This document shows positions 22,146 through 29,751 of a stretch of DNA of 29,751 nt, piece by piece. The DNA is from a virus. Taxonomy: Duplodnaviria > Caudoviricetes. The DNA is taken from positions 1-29,751 of the IMG/VR virus record IMGVR_UViG_3300007987_000062; one strand, 5' to 3'. Below the pieces are notes generated by a model, which saw nothing but the letters and a program-made list of their open reading frames with translations, did not search any database and was not told the DNA's origin. How positions within the stretch are numbered: position 1 is the stretch's first letter; each line of letters begins with the position of its first letter. The translations under genes and the position numbers were made by a program.

Positions 22146-22625
22146 TTACTGAGTAATTGATGAATATTCGCTTTCAACTCCGCCATACGCACTATTAATG
22201 TTTTTAGCACGTTTAATAGCCATACTTCTTCGTTTAAAGTCGCTACCCATTATATTGAAATAGTTTATATATCTGCCGTACTTATCCATATCTTTAACTG
22301 TTATTCCACCACTATCATTATAAGTAAGCGTATTTCTAGAAGAAAGAACTCCTTTCATAGTTAAGATATTTAACAACCCTCCTAGCTGAAGTACTGACCA
22401 CGGAACTTCCGTATGAGAAATATAGTTTAGGTCTATAGGTTCTATAGAATAATTCATTTCATCATAAGCATCTTGTAAGGCTATGAATAGCTCAAAATCT
22501 GTAGACTCCTGAGCTTCTGTAAGCTCATTTAACTCAGGGGTATCCCCTAAATACTTTCTAAACCTTACAACATAAGGTGCCCAGTCCGCTGGGATCTCTA
22601 ATAAACTGATATCGATACTTGCCAT
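22146..22625 (-). CDS. Probable head-tail adaptor (neck) protein
   Basis: Follows the capsid gene; R.YLGD.PELN.L and RN.L.YNDSGG motifs. Confidence 0.6.
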   Translation of the reverse strand: MASIDISLLEIPADWAPYVVRFRKYLGDTPELNELTEAQESTDFELFIALQDAYDEMNYSIEPIDLNYISHTEVPWSVLQLGGLLNILTMKGVLSSRNTLTYNDSGGITVKDMDKYGRYINYFNIMGSDFKRRSMAIKRAKNINSAYGGVESEYSSITQ

Positions 22626-22630
22626 AGTTT

Positions 22631-22659
22631 ATCTTAATACTTATTAAGGACATTGTCAA
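22631..22659 (-). promoter_or_regulatory. sigma70-type promoter, probably leaderless
   Basis: TTGACA-N17-TAAGAT, 5 nt, then ATG 22625; immediately follows the terminator. Confidence 0.65.
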
Positions 22660-22661
22660 AC

Positions 22662-22688
22662 AAAAAAGGCCGGGTATACCGGCCTTTT
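22662..22688 (-). terminator. Intrinsic terminator after the major capsid gene
   Basis: AAAAGGCCGG-TATAC-CCGGCCTTTTTT on the - strand; it lies after the TAG at 22709, not after the TGA at 22922. Confidence 0.88.
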
Positions 22689-22708
22689 AAGGGTCTAGTT
22701 TACTTTTT

Positions 22709-23605
22709 CTAGCTAAGTGTTAAAGAAGCTACAGATTTAGTATTTGCTATAATCATACCGATTGTCTCATATGCTGAGAAGGTGATAAGATTACGTTTTT
22801 TATCGATGTCGAATTTAGTATCGTTTAAGATATTGAATTCGCCCAAGTACTCAGGAGCTGTGAAAGAGTAAATAGTATTAGCTAACAAATCTGTTTTGTT
22901 AGAAATAACTACTCTGCGGCCTCATAAAGTAGGGTATTTAAACCCACTAACTGCAATCTCGCCTTTCAATGTACCGTCACCGAAAGTACCTTTAGCGTTG
23001 TTATCGATCATAATGCGGTTAAACATTTGAGTGTCCATTAACAATACTTCTGTTTGTAAGAAGTTACCGTCAATTTTGTTGAAAAGCTCAAGGATAGAAT
23101 CCTCAGGAATTTCTCCACCCGCACCATAAGATCCAGTAACTGCGTTACTTTGGATTACAATAGCTGCATCAACGTGGCGAAGGAATGTCTCATCCTCAAT
23201 ACGCTGAATTTCTAATACAGATTGTTGCTCAATGATTTGAGTCAAAGGCATACGATATGCAAGTAACTCTTCTTCCAATTTTTGGTATTCTTCAGAAGAA
23301 ATAGTGTGGAAAGACATTTCCACTCTTTTGCCTTCTAAATAATTCGTGGTAGGTTTTCCACGGAAGTTTACCAACATCGCTTTAGAATCTGGTTCTAACT
23401 CGATTATTTTAACAACACCATCATGTTTCGTAGAAACTTGTAAGTCGGTTTGTGTTACATACATCGGAGGAAGGATCTTACGAGCAAATGATGTCTCGCG
23501 TAGTTTCTCACGAATAAATGCTGCTCCATCTGCAGCTAGTTTTTGCATACCCTCTTGGGTATCTAACTTACGTAAAAATAAGTCGTTAATTGTTCTTGCG
23601 TCCAT
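22709..23605 (-). CDS. Major capsid protein, HK97 fold (298 aa, one TGA read as Trp)
   Basis: AGGAGG SD; IREKLRE.SFARKILPP; ...GFKYPTL*GRRVVISNK...AYETIGMIIANTKSVASLTLS, stop TAG 22709, then terminator. Confidence 0.85.
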
Positions 23606-23618
23606 TTAAAAAGGCCTC

Positions 23619-24059
23619 CTATACTGTGAAAATTTCAATTACGTTAGTAGTAGCGCCCAAATGAGAATACGAATGGGTAGCTTTTGTACAAATAGCAACA
23701 ACAGTGTCAGCAACATCTGCAGTGACTAAAAGGCCAGCAGCATTAACAGCAAGTTTGTCGCCTACTGCAATCGCACCTGTAAATTGGTCTGTTAGCGCAC
23801 GCATTTTTCCAAAAAGAACAGAAAGTCTTTTTAAGCCAGCGGCAGTGGCATCTGGTGTGAATCCAGCGGATCCATCACGGTTAGATTCTGTAAACACCTG
23901 AAATGCGTTAGCTGATCCAGCTGCTGGCAGTGCCAACGTATCCCCCACTTTAGAAACCCAAGTACCGGTTTTAACGGTAGAGTTTGAAGCGAAGAATGTA
24001 TCTGGAGCATTAACGTCAAAGCGTTCAACACTATCCAAGTTAGTTAATAATCGAAGCAT
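23619..24059 (-). CDS. Probable capsid decoration/cement protein (146 aa)
   Basis: AGGAG SD before ATG 24059; AVGDKLAVNAAGLL motif; immediately upstream of the capsid gene. Confidence 0.65.
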   Translation of the reverse strand: MLRLLTNLDSVERFDVNAPDTFFASNSTVKTGTWVSKVGDTLALPAAGSANAFQVFTESNRDGSAGFTPDATAAGLKRLSVLFGKMRALTDQFTGAIAVGDKLAVNAAGLLVTADVADTVVAICTKATHSYSHLGATTNVIEIFTV

Positions 24060-24087
24060 TATTTTTTCTCCTAATTTTAATATTTTG

Positions 24088-24441
24088 TTAATCGAATAAA
24101 GTTGCAATAAAACGGTCTTCTGCAGACCCTATAGGCAACGGAGACTCACTAAGCTTACCAACTGAAAAGGCTCTTTGTCCTCTATTGGTAGGCATCATGT
24201 GGGCAACTTTGTCCATAGTTGTTAAATCGTCTAATGGTTTATTTAGTAAGGACTCAAGGTTTTCCTGAATGTCCTCTGCTGGGAAAGATCCCATTTTTCA
24301 AAGTTTGAATGTTAGGTCTTTAGCCGCAGCAAACTTTTTAAGCTCACTAGAAAGGTCGTTTACCTCCTGAGAAAGCTCCTTCCTTTCAGAATCAAGAGCT
24401 TTTAAAGCCATAGCTACTTTTTGTATTAATTGACCTTTCAT
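24088..24441 (-). CDS. Head assembly/scaffold-like protein (117 aa, one TGA read as Trp)
   Basis: ATG 24441: MKGQLIQKVAMALKAL...TFKL*KMGSF... Confidence 0.7.
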
Positions 24442-24458
24442 GTGACCTTTACTTATTA

Positions 24459-24779
24459 CTAGTTATCTGACTCTGCAGCAGCTTTAAATCCAGCATACAT
24501 AATTTGGCCTAACTCGTAAGCTTCGGCTACTTTTTCACGCATGTTTAATTCTTCAGCTTCCTCAGCTATTTTAAGCTCAGCTAATTTTTCTACATCTTCC
24601 GCAGTGTAATTGCCTTCACCGTATTCAGCTGCTAAAGCTTGATCTGCCCAAGACGCATATTTTTCTAATATTTCTAGACGTTCGTCTACTACTTCGTTAA
24701 CTTGAGCTTGTGCAATTTTTTCTTGCTCTACAGCTGCAGTTTCTTGTATCATTTGATTAAATATATTTAAAAGACTCAT
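24459..24779 (-). CDS. Acidic helical head/scaffold-like protein
   Basis: AGGAG SD; repeated EKxA; GQIMYAGF tail. Confidence 0.7.
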   Translation of the reverse strand: MSLLNIFNQMIQETAAVEQEKIAQAQVNEVVDERLEILEKYASWADQALAAEYGEGNYTAEDVEKLAELKIAEEAEELNMREKVAEAYELGQIMYAGFKAAAESDN

Positions 24780-24790
24780 TGAGTTATCTC

Positions 24791-25252
24791 CTATTTATTA
24801 TAAATTTTATTGTAAAGATTTAGTACTACGTTGTTTTCAGAAGCCATTTTTTGCATAAAACGTCCTGCACCTAACGCGTCGTAAGGGTGGTGACCAGCCG
24901 CTTCTTGCATCTGAGCGTCGTATGCTACAGTTACAGGAGATGCTTGAGGTCTAGATACTTGTGAAATTGGTGGAATTGCAACTTCTTTAGTTGTAGGCAT
25001 TGCTATTCCCATAGCTGCTAATTCGCTAAAGAAACTATGAGCTGCGATTTGGCCCATTTCTTGAGCTTGTTCTACTAGCTCTTCTTTAGTCAAGCCAACA
25101 TTAGTAGTGGCTGATGCTACTTTTTCAGCTTCTACTGGAGCTGCTGATTTAGCTGCTGGTTTTTCTGTTTCAAGAAGAGTTGCTTCGAACTGCGCAGAGG
25201 CAGTTTTTTCACTTTCAAGCTCTTTTAACAGATCATCGATTTTATATGACAT
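24791..25252 (-). CDS. Head/scaffold-like protein
   Basis: AGGAGG SD; EKTAS, EKVAS and QKMAS repeats; GQIAAHSF motif. Confidence 0.7.
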   Translation of the reverse strand: MSYKIDDLLKELESEKTASAQFEATLLETEKPAAKSAAPVEAEKVASATTNVGLTKEELVEQAQEMGQIAAHSFFSELAAMGIAMPTTKEVAIPPISQVSRPQASPVTVAYDAQMQEAAGHHPYDALGAGRFMQKMASENNVVLNLYNKIYNK

Positions 25253-25262
25253 TGTTTTCCTC

Positions 25263-27038
25263 CTAGGAAATTATTTCGTTGAATATTGAATTTATTGTTT
25301 CTTCATCTAAAGATTGCAAATAATCTAAGCGATTAACAGATGCTGTTTTTTGGGAAAAAAACTTTACGGCGTCGTCAGAGCTACTTAGGGACTTTGTTAT
25401 CCCTTTTGTAAGGGATACTGCGCCTATAGAGGCCCCCAATGATGTCAAAAATGGATTTTTTCTTATGAAATTTTCCGTGTTTGATATAGGTTGTCCTTGT
25501 CTGGCCCTTGCCTCAATCTTGGCACTTTTTCAGTAAGTTAAAGGAGCTGCTACTCCCATAGTAAAAAGTCACTTTTGGGCTGTCGGCATACTAGCTTTTT
25601 TATAAATACTTTCATTAACAGGGTTAAGTACTTTTTCTTGCCCCATCGTTACTCCTTGTGCTAAAGAAGCACCCATTGTTGGTAATAGTCAAGGGTGTTT
25701 GCCTACAAAAGCTGTAAATGTGTTAGGACTTGAATACCGCCCGAAAAGGGTAGCGTAACCTGCATACAAAGCTCCTATTGCGACAAATGCCATTGTAGGG
25801 TCTTTTACTCCTGATGATGCTGGTTCTGAAGTATCATCAAAAAGTAACTTGCTTACCATAGATCTTTCTACTGGCCTTCCGGATGGGTAGAAGGGATCAG
25901 GAGCTGAGCTGTCCAAAGGATTTTGTAAAACAAAAGCTTTCTTCTCTAATATTCTATTAATTATAAGTGGCTTTGTCAAGGACAGGTCTAATAAATCTTC
26001 AGATAAAAGTTGAGCTATCTTTTCATTAAGGTAATCTGGGCCAACATCATCTATTTTAGATGGTACTGTATCGCTAGTAATATTAAAGACTTGCCCTGTT
26101 TTTTCTAGTTGTTTAGACCACTCATGATTATTCGAATAATAAAGCGCTAATTTTTGAAATTCTTCTCTCTTGGGAAGAATTTTAAAAGCTAACATTGTAG
26201 AGAGTACTTCATTAAGTGGATACTCTGCCAATTTTTTTAGCTTAGCATCTGAGATATCGCCTGTTGAGTTTAATATTAAATCAGCAGGGTCTTCCTGGAT
26301 ATCTGTTAAAACTCCATTTAACTTTTTAGTTATTTGGGCTTCCTTTGAATCTTCAAAAAAAGCTGTTTTTTCCAAATGACCCATAAGTGGAATCATGAAA
26401 GATGAAGTTGGATCTGCCGGAATAGTTACTATAGATATATCAAAGAATCTAGGTTTTTCATTTATAGCATAAACCTTTCTACCATCTGGTAAAACTTGAT
26501 TCATTTTATACTTTAAATAGTCTGAGTAATCAGCACGAACTTTTGCTCTTTTGCCAGTTATAGAACATATATCCTCTGGAACTTTGCACCCCATTGAGGT
26601 TTTTATAATTTTACCGCCATTTATATCTTCAATTATTTTTTGAACCTCAGCTAGAGCACGCTTTAGTCGAATAACTAATTCTACTCTCCGCATCTCTGGG
26701 TTATAGAATGAAAAAATAACCTTACCCATAGATTTTTCTGGGTTTTTATTTTGGTGGTGCCTATAAACATGGCCATTATCAACAAAGGTATGATGATACT
26801 TTTTTAACGCTTCTTCTGGAAAATAATCTCCATTACGATTAGATGAATAATACTCTCCTGCAGTTAAGGCATTTACAAGTGCGTAAATGTACTGGTTGTC
26901 TCTATCTAGAGTCGAAAGAAAAGAAGAAACCTCGGGAGCATAACTCGCTGTTTTTTCTAAGTCATTGCTAGACTCAATAATAGAGATTATTGGCTCGTCG
27001 CCAGGTGAAGAAATATACTCAGCTATTTTTTCTATCAT
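25263..27038 (-). CDS. Prohead maturation protease with long C-terminal extension (591 aa, three TGA read as Trp)
   Basis: NRNGDYF, HHQNK, TSMGCKV...CSITG, FFDISIV..PADP motifs. TGA at 25689, 25569 and 25530 join ORF 25689-27038 in frame to ORF 25263-25448. Confidence 0.8.
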
Positions 27039-27520
27039 TAATTACTGCCTAATAAGTCTTTAAAGATTGATAAAGATCCAGAAGTTGCATCAGGTCCCAT
27101 AGAGACTGTATGTTTACTTTTTTCTATATCAGTTAATGCCTTATAAGTGTCCAATCCAGGCCCTCCTAAATCACGCATAGTGCGCATTCCTACATTTTGA
27201 GTAATGAACGCTCCAGCTGCCGTTGGATCTTGTGCTAAATTTGGCGCATTTTTATAAAGAGTGTCCCAAAGTGCCATAACCTCGTTAGGATCAGCTTCTA
27301 ATAAATGAGGGTTTTTTTCTAGCATCACTTTATAATATCCGGGAGACTGTGCTTGCATAAACTTGTCTTCTGCATAGTTAATCATTCGTTTAATAAACTG
27401 CGCAACAATAACTCCAGCTCCTATAACCCCTATCATTTTTAGAGCTTCAGATGCACCTCCAGAGGATGCTACTTTTTCAAGTGTTCTTGCACGCATTTGT
27501 TGTAATTCTGTATTTTCCAT
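27038..27520 (-). CDS. Probable virion (head-internal) protein
   Basis: 160 aa; LEKVAS followed by a hydrophobic Gly-rich helix; TAATG overlaps on both sides. Confidence 0.65.
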   Translation of the reverse strand: MENTELQQMRARTLEKVASSGGASEALKMIGVIGAGVIVAQFIKRMINYAEDKFMQAQSPGYYKVMLEKNPHLLEADPNEVMALWDTLYKNAPNLAQDPTAAGAFITQNVGMRTMRDLGGPGLDTYKALTDIEKSKHTVSMGPDATSGSLSIFKDLLGSN

Positions 27521-28497
27521 TATAGATATGTTCTTTCTAATTTGTTTGTTGTTTTAACCGCGTTTTTAAAAGCATTGAAAGTTTTAGGAGTAACTTTGGT
27601 CTCTCCCCTTTTACCTCCTAAATAAAATACTCCACCTACCGCTGAAATAACTGGGTGATTTTTTGCAAACCTGTAAAGGCCCTTTACTGCCCTAGATAAG
27701 TAACCTATGTTAGTTTCAGCTTTTTTCTCTAGCGGGCTTTCTCTATCAAGGGTCTCTGCAATAGCTTCAGATGCTACATAGGTTTGAATAGCAGATAAAG
27801 CTATATCTTCATACTCAGCAATTTTTTGAACAAGCTTATTATTTGGGTTTATAAGGGTGGCTTTCTTCTCTAATTCCTCGGAGGGGCTAAGCTCTATAGA
27901 TCATTTTTTAAGATCATCATTTATATGATCCGTTAAATACTCCCCAAATAAGGATGCGTGCTTTACAACATATCCTAAATCTTTAGTATCTGTTCCTGAT
28001 AGTGCTGCTTGCTTTATAATCTGTACAATCTCGGATTCTATACCTTCTAATTTGGAAACTTGTTCTCCTGTAGCTCTTTCTAAAGCTGCAAGCTTGTCCA
28101 ATTTTTCCCTTGACTTTAAGTAAGCCTCTGTAGAATTAAATAGGACTTTATTCTCTACCTGCTCAGCTTGCTTCTTGAGTGTTAACTTTGATTTTCAATC
28201 TGTTTCCGGTTTTAGTGAATACGCTAATGTATGCGATATTTTTTCAATATCGACTGATGAAATTTTTGCTGCATCCGCTAAAGGGAATTTTATGTATGCA
28301 GTATCTGGAGAGGCTGTTTTCAACATCTCTAAATGGGTACGAACATTAGCAGTTTCGGCTATTCGCTGAACCTGGTGTGGGTTTAAAGCATGCTGAGAAG
28401 CTATCTTTTGTAGCCCATCTGTCATATTCTCCCCCCTCTGAAGAAACTCTTCAGATAACTGTACTCCTAGTCTTTGTAAGTCGGATGGCTGTAGCAT
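27520..28497 (-). CDS. Probable head protein (325 aa, two TGA read as Trp)
   Basis: TGA at 28195 and 27901 join two called ORFs; the frame ends in a TAATG overlap with the next gene at 27520. Confidence 0.8.
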
Positions 28498-28503
28498 AAT
28501 TAT

Positions 28504-28532
28504 ATTATATATTAAGTAGTGATGATTGTCAA
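28504..28532 (-). promoter_or_regulatory. Perfect-consensus sigma70 promoter heading the head operon, probably leaderless
   Basis: TTGACA-N17-TATAAT, 6 nt, then ATG 28497. Confidence 0.8.
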
Positions 28533-28535
28533 GTA

Positions 28536-29648
28536 TTAGTTTAAATTTTCCTGAACGCCTTCGAATAAGAATAGCGCTAGTAGTATTGCATACAGCGTAG
28601 AGTGCGTCCAGTCATCAGCACCTATATTTGTATACCGTTCAGAATTCTTTTCTTCGTCATACTCAATTACAACATTTCTAAGGTCGTCTAAGTAAAACTT
28701 CATCTCAGGATAATTAGGAAACTCAATCTTTCCCGTTTTAATCATCTTAAAAAATAAGTTCATAACATAATTTTTATTAAGTGTATAAGCTCTCATTTTA
28801 GGATTAAAATGAATAGGCTCTTTTTGAGTAGCTAAATGCTGAAAGGGCATTACCTTTTCAGGCCCTAACCTTTGTCTGAATTCACTATTACTTGCTTCAC
28901 CCATACCATAATCTGAGGCTAAAGCTATACATCCCCATTTTGCAAAAAGCTTAGGAATCTCTTCATGTATAAACGCGTAGTCTGCTTCTTTACCTAAAAA
29001 CTTTTTAGCGTAAACTACTACTATTTTAGACCCTCTTTGCTGAAGTATCGTTATAACTGTTCTAGAATTTTCACTATTCACTGGACCATAATCAATTCCC
29101 ATTATAGACGGACGCCCTATACAGTCACTAGGTACGTCATCTGATAGTTTTCTTAAGTCATTACAAGCTCTCATAAGCTCTTCCTCTGTAATAGGAATTG
29201 CCCCAGAGTCATATTCTAGCCCTAATGTCTCGTTGTAAAATAAGGCTGTGGAGGTGTTCTCCATTTTATACATAACATCACTCTGCCAATCAACCCATGG
29301 AGAGTGGGCAAAGTGTAAAAGGCATACTCTAAATCCTTCGATATACGGCCTGTTGCCTGCAGTTGAGTACGTTGACACCCATTCGCCTTTATCCTTTCTA
29401 AGATCTAAAGGCAGGCCGCTTTTTTTATCGATAAGGCCATTAGCTCCAATGTTATCCGGGCCTAAAATATTCCAGTGGCCAGATGCAGAGGATTTTACAG
29501 CATACTCATTTTGGGTAGACCCAAACCAGAAATCTGCTAAGGTCCCTTTGGAGCGTTTAGGCGTTCCAGCATAAATACTTTTCTTTACTAATGATCTAGA
29601 CATTGTTTCTTCAACAACACCTATAACATCTTTTTGAAGATCCTGGCA
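28536..29648 (-). CDS. terL: Terminase large subunit (gpA-like), C-extein; the gene begins outside the window
   Basis: CQD (end of Walker B), AGTPK, STQNEY, FYNETLG, nuclease GIDYG and DDWTHS. Confidence 0.85.
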   Translation of the reverse strand, partial: CQDLQKDVIGVVEETMSRSLVKKSIYAGTPKRSKGTLADFWFGSTQNEYAVKSSASGHWNILGPDNIGANGLIDKKSGLPLDLRKDKGEWVSTYSTAGNRPYIEGFRVCLLHFAHSPWVDWQSDVMYKMENTSTALFYNETLGLEYDSGAIPITEEELMRACNDLRKLSDDVPSDCIGRPSIMGIDYGPVNSENSRTVITILQQRGSKIVVVYAKKFLGKEADYAFIHEEIPKLFAKWGCIALASDYGMGEASNSEFRQRLGPEKVMPFQHLATQKEPIHFNPKMRAYTLNKNYVMNLFFKMIKTGKIEFPNYPEMKFYLDDLRNVVIEYDEEKNSERYTNIGADDWTHSTLYAILLALFLFEGVQENLN

Positions 29649-29751
29649 GTTACCACTTATGAATATCCCTTTTTCCTGCTCATGCCTAATAACTAATGTT
29701 GAGTTAGGAACAGTAGCACAATATACTTTACCTATATAGTTTTCTTTAATA
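29649..29751 (-). mobile_element. Intein C-terminal end within the terminase
   Basis: Hand translation YIGKVYCATVPNSTLVIRHEQEKGIFISGN|CQD, matching intein blocks F and G. Confidence 0.88.

Noticed and set aside
17226-28497. Virion genes as pseudogenes of a decaying prophage
   Set aside because: Every interruption is TGA, with no frameshifts or internal TAA/TAG, and readthrough restores tight gene tiling.
27038-28536. Portal gene between terminase and protease
   Set aside because: Neither protein has the size or features I would recognise as a portal; it is probably outside the window.

Overview
AT-rich segment of a large tailed (myovirus-like) phage genome with two convergent arms meeting at a bidirectional terminator near 17.19 kb. 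The + arm (1-17172) is a replication/metabolism module: SF2 helicase, two resolvase-type nucleases, 3'-5' exonuclease, AAA_24 ATPase, DUF669 SSB, dUTPase, sigma70-family factor, family A DNA polymerase split by two group I introns, a macrodomain pseudogene, a Bacteroidota-like class II ribonucleotide reductase (one intein, one group I intron), Hsp20 and an SPFH protein. The - arm (17226-29751) is the virion module: intein-containing terminase, head proteins, prohead protease, major capsid, neck, tail completion, sheath and tube. The main signal is module-restricted TGA-to-Trp recoding. By hand translation there are 15 in-frame TGA codons in 8 virion genes and 2 in the sigma factor, one at the conserved Trp of YAVWWIRQ. 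No other + arm gene has an internal TGA. Several virion genes also carry AGGAG Shine-Dalgarno sites or look leaderless, whereas the + arm starts inspected have A/T-rich SD-less leaders. Together these suggest a translational early-to-late switch that gates the phage's own sigma factor. All calls come from motif recognition and manual translation; no database searches were run.
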